Assembly: GCA_965116925.1 (NCBI GenBank)
Contig: OZ220744.1
Span: forward strand, 5,600,001 to 5,664,000
DNA length: 64,000 nt
From: Candidatus Poribacteria bacterium
GTDB taxonomy: Bacteria; Poribacteria; WGA-4E; PCPOR2b
Direction: 5' to 3'
The position numbers and the translations under genes are program-made. Shown here piece by piece: positions 40,072 to 49,513 of the stretch. Under the pieces are notes generated by a model that was not told where the DNA came from, did no database searches, and was given only the letters and a program-made list of their open reading frames with translations. How positions within the stretch are numbered: the stretch's first letter is position 1; every line of letters starts with the position of its first letter.

Positions 40072-40302
40072 GGGCGTGTTCACATTTTGATCCTGCTCAT
40101 TCGACAAACGCTGTAATCATCAGGCAATCTGCCATAAGTAGCGCGAACTGTTAGTGGGATCACAATCTAACAGATCGTGGTACAAAAGTTCGAAATGGCC
40201 CCTGACGTGCGAATAAAGGGTTGGGAGCCCCAACCCCTACGAAGGATTATGCGTTTGTGCTCCCTCTTGATGGTCTGGTTGCGATGAAATGTCAACAGAA
40301 CC
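40072..40302. mobile_element. MITE family C copy flanked by TA
   Basis: TA|GGGCGTGTTCACATTT...AAATGTCAACAGAACC|TA; removal restores a leader homologous to 49225-49270. Confidence 0.7.
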
Positions 40303-40346
40303 TAATTGGTTGATACCTTAGTCCTGATTCGTTCCTCTCCAGATGT

Positions 40347-40383
40347 TACCAAGATGCAGTCCCGAGATTTTTTTTACCACTTT
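40347..40383 (-). promoter_or_regulatory. ECF-type promoter motif copy
   Basis: GTGGTAAAAAAAATCTCGGGACTGCATCTTGGTA. Confidence 0.55.
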
Positions 40384-40483
40384 TTTGCTTTCAAATAAAA
40401 AAAATACGGCTATCCGCCAAGTCCTCCTCAAATTTACCTTACCCTCAGAGATATTTTACCTGTTTTTTCGCAGAGCAACCAAT

Positions 40484-40515
40484 AAAAAAAGGCGAATGGA
40501 TAAATCCATTCGCCT
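40484..40515 (-). terminator. Array terminator after ECF-3
   Basis: Same hairpin plus U-tract. Confidence 0.8.
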
Positions 40516-40551
40516 CATGAATTCTTGGAAGTAGCTTTGTGAGCTAGGGAC

Positions 40552-41925
40552 CTACCTACTCACACGATCGAACAGAACGACATAAATTCGCCACACCCCA
40601 TTCTCTTTTCGCATTTTAGCCTGCTGATATAGGCAGGTAAACATTGGCATTCTTTGGTCTGAAATACCCGGTAGCTCTAGTGCCGGCATTCTCAATCGGA
40701 AGTGAAATTCATCGCCCACATATTCGCTGCTTACAAGCGATGACTGCCCTCGTAGTTCCCGGAATGCCTCAACTAGCATTTGATGCTTAGTTTCGACGAC
40801 TTCGTCTGACATATTTATGGAATCCCCACCAACAAGATCATCATGGACGCTACGCCTATACTGCTCTGTCATTAACGATAGCATCACCTTAGAATCAGCA
40901 TCTCGCCACGCTTCTACGAAAGCATACATCACATCTTCAGCCGACTGACCTGTGTTTTCTGATGACGCGGATATGTTGGTAGTGAATTGCTCTACCTTTA
41001 GATCAAATTCCGTTTCTGTTGCGAACTGTGTCATATCTGTTTCGTCGGATTGATCGAAGAAATCATCAATAGACTCTGTTCCTGCTGTGGACGCAGCAGC
41101 AATCTGTGGCAGGTGGTTCCGGTTTTCTGTATCTTGAGTGGTGTCAGCTAGGAATCCTTCGGGGTTATTTCGTGGGCGTGTCGTTCCATCCTCCCACGGC
41201 GACAGATACACACGCTCCTCGACTGTGGGCGCATTCATCTGGCGTAGCCCAACGAAACCGATGAAAATGACTACAATCAACGCTGCGACCCCCACCGTTA
41301 TTTTGGGGACAGTTCCAACCTTCATAACGTTTAGACCTCCCGAATAAAGCTTTTTGAACGTCAGTCCGGGAGAAACGAAGATGCCTGTCAGAAGATAGCG
41401 CAACCGTTTGGAGAGTTGCCGCTTAATGCGAAAAAGGCGAAACGCAATTGCGTTATATGACAGGCCATGCGCCCTAGTCAGTTCGTCGTAGCTGGCACCC
41501 TCTAGATAGAATGCGCGGGCAATGTCCCTATCCTTTTGTGGAAGCGTCTCCATTGTCCGGCGAATCAGTTCCGTCTGTTCCTGTTGTACCAATTGGTCAT
41601 CAGGTAAGTCCTCTGTTTGAAGTATCCCCTCACTCACTTCATCAAGGGATACGGTCTCGTCCCTCTGTTTGCGGAGCCACTGTCGCACACAGTTCCGCGT
41701 AATCTCTGCCAACCAATTTTTGAATTTGGTTACATCTTCAAGTTGTCTTAACCCTCGATAAGCACTGAGGAAGGTATCTTGTACCACCTCTTCGACATCA
41801 TGGGGATTGTCTACAATTCTTATAACAATCGTATAGACAAAGGGGTAGTATTCCCGCATCAGGTCGGTGAAAGCCCCCTCATCTCCAGCTTGGGCACGAT
41901 AAATGAGCGTATTGTCATTAGCCAC
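40552..41925 (-). CDS. Membrane-anchored ECF sigma factor (ECF-3), GTG start
   Basis: Paralog of ECF-1. Confidence 0.9.
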   Translation of the reverse strand: MANDNTLIYRAQAGDEGAFTDLMREYYPFVYTIVIRIVDNPHDVEEVVQDTFLSAYRGLRQLEDVTKFKNWLAEITRNCVRQWLRKQRDETVSLDEVSEGILQTEDLPDDQLVQQEQTELIRRTMETLPQKDRDIARAFYLEGASYDELTRAHGLSYNAIAFRLFRIKRQLSKRLRYLLTGIFVSPGLTFKKLYSGGLNVMKVGTVPKITVGVAALIVVIFIGFVGLRQMNAPTVEERVYLSPWEDGTTRPRNNPEGFLADTTQDTENRNHLPQIAAASTAGTESIDDFFDQSDETDMTQFATETEFDLKVEQFTTNISASSENTGQSAEDVMYAFVEAWRDADSKVMLSLMTEQYRRSVHDDLVGGDSINMSDEVVETKHQMLVEAFRELRGQSSLVSSEYVGDEFHFRLRMPALELPGISDQRMPMFTCLYQQAKMRKENGVWRIYVVLFDRVSR

Positions 41926-41949
41926 GGATTGTCTGCTCCCTCAGCGTTT

Positions 41950-41986
41950 TATCAAGATATAGTCCTGAGACTTTCCTAGCACTTTA
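41950..41986 (-). promoter_or_regulatory. ECF-type promoter motif copy (degenerate)
   Basis: GTGCTAGGAAAGTCTCAGGACTATATCTTGATA. Confidence 0.5.
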
Positions 41987-42022
41987 CCTAAACACCTCAT
42001 CAGATTGAGAAGTTCGTCCGGC

Positions 42023-42051
42023 ATTATATCAACCCGTCCAATCCGCGTCAA
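42023..42051 (-). promoter_or_regulatory. sigma70 promoter TTGACG-17-TATAAT upstream of ECF-3
   Basis: Near-perfect consensus, conserved in three units. Confidence 0.75.
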
Positions 42052-42089
42052 GCAGATTGCGGATTGCTATCTTTGCTGAATAAAGGCAG

Positions 42090-43013
42090 TTATTGGTTGA
42101 CCTGTTTGAGCTGTCCCCACATTGTAAACTTTTTGCCGGAGGGAGAAACCGAAAAAGGAGAGTTAAACCATGCAGGATTAGCGTCACCATGCGGATTATT
42201 GGTGAGGTTTTGAGGATTCCCGCCATCGGCATCCATCGCGTAGATTTCAGTATTTTCAATGTCCGCCTCCCTATTAGACCAGAAGACAATGCGCTTGCCG
42301 TCAGGGGACCATGAGGGGTCCTCATCAAAAACGCGATTTTCAGTGAGTCTTTGTTCATTCTGCCCATCAGCATCCATCACGTAGATTTCATAAGTGATTC
42401 CATCCTCGCCTATAAAGTGCCCAGGCCTGCGAGCCCTGAAGACAATCCGTTCACCATCGGGGGACCATGAGGGATCTTTGTCCTCAGTGAGATTTTTAGT
42501 GAGTCTTTGTTGATTCTTCCCATCGGCGTCCATCACATAGATCTCAACATTATGAGCAGCCTCACCCTTACCCATATCCCTATCAGACGAAAAGACAATG
42601 CGTTTGCCGTCGGGGGACCACGAGGGGGTTCTATCATCAGAAGGATTGTTAGTGAGGTTTTGAGGATTGCCTCCATCGTCGTCCATCACGTAGATTTCAG
42701 CAGTGAGCCAACCGTTAGCGTCAACGTGCCCATCCCTATCAGACACGAAGGCAATGCGTTTACCGTCGGGAGACCATGACGGTGAATAGTCACTACTGGG
42801 ATTATTGGTGAGTCTTTGTTGATTCTCCCCATCGTCGTCCATCACGTAGATTTCAGGAGCGGGTATCTCGGGTATATCCTTTCGAAAGTGCCCATCCCTC
42901 TGAGACGCGAAGGCAATCTGTGCCTGTACCTCAACACATACCATCAGCGATGTCAGCACCAAGACTACTACGCCAGCTAAAATCAAATGGGTGAGATTGT
43001 ATCTCCGTTGCAT
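42090..43013 (-). CDS. Secreted PD40/TolB-like beta-propeller (subtype A, one blade short)
   Basis: Signal peptide, 4 WSPD repeats + final PAW, FTMWGQLK. Confidence 0.88.
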   Translation of the reverse strand: MQRRYNLTHLILAGVVVLVLTSLMVCVEVQAQIAFASQRDGHFRKDIPEIPAPEIYVMDDDGENQQRLTNNPSSDYSPSWSPDGKRIAFVSDRDGHVDANGWLTAEIYVMDDDGGNPQNLTNNPSDDRTPSWSPDGKRIVFSSDRDMGKGEAAHNVEIYVMDADGKNQQRLTKNLTEDKDPSWSPDGERIVFRARRPGHFIGEDGITYEIYVMDADGQNEQRLTENRVFDEDPSWSPDGKRIVFWSNREADIENTEIYAMDADGGNPQNLTNNPHGDANPAWFNSPFSVSPSGKKFTMWGQLKQVNQ

Positions 43014-43080
43014 CTGTTATTCCTCCTCTGTTTCCAAATCAGTTTCTTATCCTTGAACACCGTTCTCTCAATAATTGTAG

Positions 43081-44046
43081 TTATCGATCAATCCGCTTAA
43101 GCTGTCCCCACATTGTAAACTTTTTGCCAGCGGGAGCAACTGAAAGAACAGGGTTAAGCCACGCAGGATCTTCGTCATCGTCGGGATGATTGGTGAGGTT
43201 TAGCACATTCCCCCCATCGGCATCCATCACAAAGATGTCCCGATTCAAATCCCTCGTCCTATTCGATACGAAGGCAATCCGTTTGCTGTCAGGAGACCAG
43301 GAGGGATTCCAGTCGTTATCAGGATGGTGCGTGAGGTTTCGCTGATTATGCCCATCCGCGTCCATCACATAGATTTCCCGGTTTCCCAATTTTCTCAAGG
43401 AAGTAAAAACAATGCGCTTACCGTCGGGGGACCATGAGGGGTCCTCGTCAGTACGGTCATTCCTAGTGAGATTTTGCTGCTTGACTCCATCGGCACCCAT
43501 CACATAGATGTCTTGGTTCCCTCCCCTAATGGAAACAAAGACAATGTGTTTGCTGTCAGGAGACCAAGAGGGATTATCGTCACGCCAGGCATTTTTGGTG
43601 AGTCTTTGTTGGTTACCACCATCGGCATCCATCACGTAGATTTCACTGGCCCCATCCCTACCAGACGTGAAGACAATGCGTTTGCTGTCAGGAGACCAAG
43701 AGGGATCCCAGTCATCAAAGTCATTGTTAGAGAGATTTCGCTGATTGCCCCCATCGGCGTCCATCATGTAGATTTGCCGGTGCCCACCTATATCATTCTT
43801 ATCAGAGCTAAAGGCAATCCGTTTGCCGTCCGGAGACCATGAGGGATACTTATCATCACCGGGATTGTTAGAGAGGTTTTGCTGATTACCTCCATCGTTG
43901 TCCATCACGTAGATTTCCCAGTGCCAATTCCTATCAGATTCAAAGGCAATCCGTGCCTGCACATCAACGCATACTATCAGTGGTGTCAGACCCAAGGCTA
44001 TAACGCTAGCTAAAATCAAATGTGCAAGAGTGTATCTCCGTTGCAT
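43081..44046 (-). CDS. Secreted PD40/TolB-like beta-propeller (subtype B)
   Basis: 5 WSPD repeats, WHWEIY, NNDFDDW, FTMWGQLK. Confidence 0.9.
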   Translation of the reverse strand: MQRRYTLAHLILASVIALGLTPLIVCVDVQARIAFESDRNWHWEIYVMDNDGGNQQNLSNNPGDDKYPSWSPDGKRIAFSSDKNDIGGHRQIYMMDADGGNQRNLSNNDFDDWDPSWSPDSKRIVFTSGRDGASEIYVMDADGGNQQRLTKNAWRDDNPSWSPDSKHIVFVSIRGGNQDIYVMGADGVKQQNLTRNDRTDEDPSWSPDGKRIVFTSLRKLGNREIYVMDADGHNQRNLTHHPDNDWNPSWSPDSKRIAFVSNRTRDLNRDIFVMDADGGNVLNLTNHPDDDEDPAWLNPVLSVAPAGKKFTMWGQLKRIDR

Positions 44047-44067
44047 CTGCCTTTCCTCCTCTGACTT

Positions 44068-44104
44068 TATTAAGATACAACTCCGAGATTTTTTTTAGCA
44101 CTTT
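44068..44104 (-). promoter_or_regulatory. ECF-type promoter motif copy
   Basis: GTGCTAAAAAAAATCTCGGAGTTGTATCTTAATA. Confidence 0.65.
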
Positions 44105-44203
44105 TTTGCTTTCAATCAAAAAAATACGACTATCTACTAAGTTCTCTTCAAATTTATCCTACCCTCAGAGATACTTTACCTATTTTTTAGCGGAGCAACT
44201 AAT

Positions 44204-44234
44204 AAAAAAAGGCGAATGGAAGAACCATTCGCCT
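44204..44234 (-). terminator. Array terminator after ECF-4
   Basis: Same hairpin plus U-tract. Confidence 0.8.
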
Positions 44235-44269
44235 CGTGAAGTTCTGAAAATAGGTTTGCGAGTAGCGAC

Positions 44270-45664
44270 CTACCTGCTCATACGATCGTACACAGTGTCA
44301 TAAATTCGCCACATCCCATTCTCTTTTTCCATCTTAACCTGGTGATATGAGATGCGGATAGCTATTGGCATTATATGATCTGAAACACCCTGTAGCTCTG
44401 AATCCGGTATTCTCAATCGGAAGTGAAATTCGTCACCGGCATATTCGCTGCTTATAAGTACTGCCTGCTTATGTAGTTCGCGGATTGTCTCCTCCAAGAT
44501 TTGAAGCCCAGTTTGGACGACCTCATCATGTTCATGTGCTTCATCTGGCGTGGGGGCCCTATTAGCAGGATTGTTGTGGATGCTACGCCTATACTGCTCT
44601 GTCCTTAACGAATCTATCATCTTATAATCGTAGTTCCTATACGCCTCTAAGTAAGCATACATCACATCTTCCGCGGACTGACCTGCGCTTTCTGATGACA
44701 CAGATGTGTCAATAGCGAAGTCTTGCTCTATGTCTAGCTCAAATTCCGTTTCTGTTGCGAATTGTGTCGTATCTGTTTCGTCGGGCAGATCGAAAAAATC
44801 ATCAATCAACTCTGTTCCTACTGTGTACGTTGTCGTAGCAATTTGTGGCAGATTGTTCCAGTTTTCTGTATCCTGAGTGACGTCGGTTGAGAGCCCTTCG
44901 GGGGTATATCGTGGGCGTACCGTTCCATCCTCCCACGGTGACAGATACACACGCTCCTCGACTATAGGCGCGTTCATCTGGCGCAGTCCAATGAAACCGA
45001 TGAAAATCAGCGCAATCAACCCTATCGCTCCAACCGTCATTTTGGAGGGAGTTCCAACTTTCATGGCGGTTAGACCGCCCGAATAAAGCTTTTTCAACGT
45101 CAGTCCGGGAGAAACGAACACACCTGTCAGAAGGTATTGCAACCGTTTGGAGAGTTGCCGCTTGATGCGGAAAAGCCGAAACGCAATGGCGTTATATGAC
45201 AGTCCATGCGTGCTTGTCAATTCGTCGTAACTTGCACCCTCCAGATAGAAGGCGCGGGCAATGTCCCTGTCCTTTTGCGGAAGCATCTCCATGGTCCGGC
45301 GAATCAACTCCCTCTGCTCCTGTCGTGCCAATCGCTCATCAGGAGAATCCTCCGTTTGCAGCACACCTTCGCCCACTTCATCAAGGGATACGGTCTTGCC
45401 CCTCTGTTTTCGGAGCCACTGTCGCGCACAATTCCGCGCAATCTCTGCCAACCAGCTTTTGAACTTCACTGTATCCTCAAGCTGTGTCAACCCTTGATAG
45501 GCGCTGAGGAAGGTGTCTTGTACCACCTCTTCGACATCATGGGGATTGTCCACAATTCTTATAACAATCGTATAGACAAAAGGGTAGTATTCCCGCATCA
45601 GGTCGGTGAAAGCCCTCTCATCTCCAGCTTGGGCGCGATAAATGAGCGTACTGTTATTAGCCAT
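44270..45664 (-). CDS. Membrane-anchored ECF sigma factor (ECF-4)
   Basis: Paralog of ECF-1. Confidence 0.9.
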   Translation of the reverse strand: MANNSTLIYRAQAGDERAFTDLMREYYPFVYTIVIRIVDNPHDVEEVVQDTFLSAYQGLTQLEDTVKFKSWLAEIARNCARQWLRKQRGKTVSLDEVGEGVLQTEDSPDERLARQEQRELIRRTMEMLPQKDRDIARAFYLEGASYDELTSTHGLSYNAIAFRLFRIKRQLSKRLQYLLTGVFVSPGLTLKKLYSGGLTAMKVGTPSKMTVGAIGLIALIFIGFIGLRQMNAPIVEERVYLSPWEDGTVRPRYTPEGLSTDVTQDTENWNNLPQIATTTYTVGTELIDDFFDLPDETDTTQFATETEFELDIEQDFAIDTSVSSESAGQSAEDVMYAYLEAYRNYDYKMIDSLRTEQYRRSIHNNPANRAPTPDEAHEHDEVVQTGLQILEETIRELHKQAVLISSEYAGDEFHFRLRIPDSELQGVSDHIMPIAIRISYHQVKMEKENGMWRIYDTVYDRMSR

Positions 45665-45689
45665 AGATCCTCGTTCCCCCTCAGCATTT

Positions 45690-45725
45690 TATCAAGATAC
45701 AGTCCTGAAGTTTTTCTGACACTTT
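45690..45725 (-). promoter_or_regulatory. ECF-type promoter motif copy (variant -35 GTGTCAG)
   Basis: GTGTCAGAAAAACTTCAGGACTGTATCTTGATA. Confidence 0.5.
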
Positions 45726-45762
45726 ATGTGAACATCTCATCGGATTGAGAGGTTCGTCCGGA

Positions 45763-45792
45763 ATTATATCAACCCGTCCAAATCCACGTCAA
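45763..45792 (-). promoter_or_regulatory. sigma70 promoter TTGACG-18-TATAAT upstream of ECF-4
   Basis: Consensus match. Confidence 0.7.
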
Positions 45793-45870
45793 GCATATTG
45801 CGGATTGCTATCTGTGCTGAATAGTTCAGTGAAAGGAAACGGCAAATACCGTTCCCTCAATAAAGGCAGT

Positions 45871-45961
45871 GGCTCATGTTAAGAAATAGTGCAAAGAAAC
45901 CGAGTTTTCAAGAAAAAACTCGGTTTCTATTCGCATTTTACACTTTCTTTTGATATGAACC
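45871..45961. mobile_element. MITE family A copy, TSD AAGGCAGT
   Basis: TIRs, exact TSD, cargo like 12478-12569. Confidence 0.85.
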
Positions 45962-45968
45962 AAGGCAG

Positions 45969-46988
45969 TTATCGGTCGAGTTGTTTGAGTTGTCCCCACA
46001 TCGCGAATTGTTTGCCTGCGGGAGAAACCGAAAAAGGAGAGTTCAACCACGCAGGACTAGCGTCACTATTGGTATGATTGGTGAGGTTCTGTTGATTACC
46101 CCCATCGGCGTCCATCACGTAGATTTCAGCGTTTCCATCCCTATTAGAATAGAAAGCAATGCGCTTGCTGTCGGGTGACCATGAGGGAGACCCATCCCAA
46201 GCGCGATGATTGGTGAGTTTTTGTTCATTGCCCCCATCAGCATCCATTACATAGATGTCAAATTTTACAAGGTCCCCCCTCCTATCAGATTGGAACGCAA
46301 TGCGTTTACCGTCGGGTGACCATGAGGGATTCCGGTCATGATTGCGATTTTCAGTGAGTCTTTGTTCATTGCCCCCATCGGCGTCCATCACGTAGATTTC
46401 AGAAGTGATGTTTAAGTTGTTTTTAAAGTGCCCATCCCTAACGGCACTGAAGACAATGCGTTTACCATCCGGAGACCATGAGGGATGCCTGTCCTCATCG
46501 CGATTTTCGGTAAGTCGTTGTTCATTGCCCCCATCGGCGTCCATCACGTAGATTTCATAGTCATGAGGATTATCCCAATCCCTATTAGTCGAGAAGGCAA
46601 TTCGTGTGCCATCCGGTGACCATGAGGGAGAGCTGTCATGAAAAGGATTGTTAGTGAGATTTTGAGGATTGCCCCCATCGGCGTCCATCACGTAGATTTC
46701 AGAAGTGTGCCAACCACGTTTAGCGTGAACGTGCCCATCCCTATTAGACACGAAGGCAATCCGTTTGCCGTCCGGTGACCATGAGGGCCTCCAGTCTCCA
46801 TCGGGATGATTGGTGAGGTTTCGCTGATTATCCCCATCGGTGTCCATCACGTAGATTTCCCCGTTCCCATCCCTCTGAGACACGAAGAGAATCTGTGCCT
46901 GTGCATCAATGCATACCATCAGCGGCATTATACCCAAGACTACAACGCTAGCTAAAATGAAATGTGCGAGATTGTATCTCCGTTGCAT
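45969..46988 (-). CDS. Secreted PD40/TolB-like beta-propeller (subtype A)
   Basis: 5 WSPD repeats, DGH loops, FAMWGQLK. Confidence 0.9.
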   Translation of the reverse strand: MQRRYNLAHFILASVVVLGIMPLMVCIDAQAQILFVSQRDGNGEIYVMDTDGDNQRNLTNHPDGDWRPSWSPDGKRIAFVSNRDGHVHAKRGWHTSEIYVMDADGGNPQNLTNNPFHDSSPSWSPDGTRIAFSTNRDWDNPHDYEIYVMDADGGNEQRLTENRDEDRHPSWSPDGKRIVFSAVRDGHFKNNLNITSEIYVMDADGGNEQRLTENRNHDRNPSWSPDGKRIAFQSDRRGDLVKFDIYVMDADGGNEQKLTNHRAWDGSPSWSPDSKRIAFYSNRDGNAEIYVMDADGGNQQNLTNHTNSDASPAWLNSPFSVSPAGKQFAMWGQLKQLDR

Positions 46989-47017
46989 CTGTTATTCCTC
47001 CTCTGTTCTCGAAGCAG

Positions 47018-47983
47018 TTATCGGTCAACCTGTTTGAGCCAACCCCACATTGTAAACTTTTTGCCGGCGGGAGAAACCGAAAAAGGAGAGTGAAACCATG
47101 CAGCAGCAGTGTCATCATCGGGATGATTGGTCAGGTTTTGAGGATTACTTCCATCAGCGTTTATCACGAAGATTTCAGGGTTCCCATCCGCCTCCCTATC
47201 AGAGGTAAAGGCAATCCGTTTACCGTCAGGGGACCAGGAGGGATCCCAATCCTTAAAGGGATTCTGAGTCAGTCTTCGCTGATTGTCTCCATCGGCGTCC
47301 ATCACATAGATGTCCCGGTTTCCCCCATCCCTCAAGGAAGTAAAAGCAATGCGCTTACCGTCAGGGGACCAGGAGGGATCCTCGTCACTACGGTTACTAT
47401 TGGTGAGGTTTCGCCGATTGCCACCATCGGCGTCCATCACGAAGATATCAAAGTCCCCAGCCCCAATGGAAATAAAGACAATGCGTTTACCGTCGGGAGA
47501 CCATGAGGGGTTCAGATCAGGAAAGGGATTGTTAGAGAGGTTTTTAGGGTTGCCCCCATCAGTGTCCATCACGTAGATTTCACCGGCTCTATCCCTGTCA
47601 GACACGAAGGCAATCCGTTTACTGTCCGGAGACCATGAGGGGGCCCATTCATCAAAATCATTGTTAGAAAGGTTTTGCTGATTATCCCCATTGTCATCCA
47701 TCACGTAGATTTGTCGATTCCCACCCCTATCATCCCTATCAGAGGTAAAGGCAATCCATTGACCGTCAGGGGACCATGAAGGGTCCATATCCTCACCAGG
47801 ATTGTTAGAAAGATTTCGCGGATTGCCCCCATCGTTGTCCATTACGTAGATTTCCCAGTGCCAATCCCTATCAGACATGAAGGCAATCCGTGCCTGTGCG
47901 TCAACGTCTATCATCATCAGCGTTAAACCCAACACTATAACGACAACTAAAATGAAATGTGCGAGATTGTATCTTTGGTGCAT
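47018..47983 (-). CDS. Secreted PD40/TolB-like beta-propeller (subtype B)
   Basis: 5 WSPD repeats, FTMWGWLK. Confidence 0.9.
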   Translation of the reverse strand: MHQRYNLAHFILVVVIVLGLTLMMIDVDAQARIAFMSDRDWHWEIYVMDNDGGNPRNLSNNPGEDMDPSWSPDGQWIAFTSDRDDRGGNRQIYVMDDNGDNQQNLSNNDFDEWAPSWSPDSKRIAFVSDRDRAGEIYVMDTDGGNPKNLSNNPFPDLNPSWSPDGKRIVFISIGAGDFDIFVMDADGGNRRNLTNSNRSDEDPSWSPDGKRIAFTSLRDGGNRDIYVMDADGDNQRRLTQNPFKDWDPSWSPDGKRIAFTSDREADGNPEIFVINADGSNPQNLTNHPDDDTAAAWFHSPFSVSPAGKKFTMWGWLKQVDR

Positions 47984-48039
47984 GGGCTATGCCTCCTCTG
48001 TTTTCAAAGCGATTTCTTATCCTTCAATAATGGCAGCTA

Positions 48040-49029
48040 TCAGTCGATCTGTTTGAGCCACCCCCACATCATGAGTTTTCTACCTGTAGGATTAACCGCA
48101 AAAGGAGCAACTTCAACTGCAAAAGCAGGGTCAAACCACGCAGGATCCGCGTCTCCATTGTGATTTTTAGTGCGTCTGCGTATCTGGCGGGCGCCATCGG
48201 CATCCATCACATAGATATCGAAGTTCCCAACCCCCTCAGACGCGAAGGTAATCCGTCTACCATCGGGAGACCATGAAGGATACCTGTCGTCAAAATCATT
48301 GTTAGAGAGGTTTCGCAGATTCCCCCCATCAGCGTCTATCACGTAGATATCATGGTTTTTCCAAGCCCCCGACACAAAAGCAATGCGTCTACCATCGGGG
48401 GACCATGAGGGATCCCAATCATCGAAGTCATTGTTGGTAAGTATTCGTTGATTCCCCCCATCGATGTCCATCACGTGGATATCACTGTCCCAACCATCCT
48501 TCCCCCTAAAGGAAACAAAGGCGATGCGTTTACCATCTGGAGACCATGAGGGATCCCTGCCCATCTGCTCATCTTGACTGAGTCTTCGCAGATTCCTCCC
48601 ATTGGGGTCTATCACATAGATGTTCGTGTGCTCATTCACAGTAGCAGTAAAGGCAATCCGTTTACCGTCAGGAGACCATGAAGGATTCCATTCAGGAAAG
48701 GGATTTTTAGTGAGTCTTCGCAGATTCCCCCCATCGGCATCCATCACGTAGATTTGTGGGTGCTGATCCACAATCCTATCCTCGCTAGCAGTAAAGGCAA
48801 TCCGTTTACCGTCGGGTGACCATGAGGGTTCCCATTCATCCAAGGGGTTGTGAGTGAGTCTTCGCAGATTCTTCCCATCGGTGTCCATCACGTAGATTTC
48901 CCAGTTCCCATCCCTATGAGACGAGAAAACGATCTGTGCCCGTGGGACAGCATCTACCATCGGTGGTGTTAGACCCAAGACTACAACGATAGACAAAATC
49001 AAATGTGCGAGATTGTATCTTTGGTGCAT
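48040..49029 (-). CDS. Secreted PD40/TolB-like beta-propeller
   Basis: 5 WSPD repeats, LMMWGWLK. Confidence 0.9.
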   Translation of the reverse strand: MHQRYNLAHLILSIVVVLGLTPPMVDAVPRAQIVFSSHRDGNWEIYVMDTDGKNLRRLTHNPLDEWEPSWSPDGKRIAFTASEDRIVDQHPQIYVMDADGGNLRRLTKNPFPEWNPSWSPDGKRIAFTATVNEHTNIYVIDPNGRNLRRLSQDEQMGRDPSWSPDGKRIAFVSFRGKDGWDSDIHVMDIDGGNQRILTNNDFDDWDPSWSPDGRRIAFVSGAWKNHDIYVIDADGGNLRNLSNNDFDDRYPSWSPDGRRITFASEGVGNFDIYVMDADGARQIRRRTKNHNGDADPAWFDPAFAVEVAPFAVNPTGRKLMMWGWLKQID

Positions 49030-49289
49030 ACGCTATGCCTCCTCTGTTTTCAAGTCGGTTTCTTATCCTTTGGGTTTGATAGAGGTCAGATTGGGTTGGC
49101 AAGCCCTTTACAATTAAGGTGAGAGGTTGCACAAATAAAGTTGACATCATCAGTCAAAGGGCGGTTCTTATTGTTCACGCAAGTTGCTCGTTGCTGAAAA
49201 TCCCTCGGTTCGCTAATGAACGATTTCCTCTTTATCCTCAATGAATCCCTGACAGCATATCGGTTGATTGACATCTTAACCCCAGGTTT

Positions 49290-49326
49290 TGTTAAGATGC
49301 AATTCTGAGATTTTTTTTAGCACTTT
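49290..49326 (-). promoter_or_regulatory. ECF-type promoter motif copy
   Basis: GTGCTAAAAAAAATCTCAGAATTGCATCTTAACA. Confidence 0.6.
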
Positions 49327-49427
49327 TTTTGTTTTTAAGGGAAAAAATATGGCTTCCTGTCGAAACACTCTCTAAATCCACGCTATCCTTAGCGGTATTT
49401 TGCTTTTTCCTTCGTGGAGCAAGCAAT

Positions 49428-49458
49428 AAAAAAGGCGAATGGTATGAACCATTCGCCT
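49428..49458 (-). terminator. Array terminator after ECF-5
   Basis: Same hairpin plus U-tract. Confidence 0.8.
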
Positions 49459-49513
49459 AATGAATTCTTGAAAGTAGGATTGCAAGCTAGTCTAACATCT
49501 CACCCTCATACAT

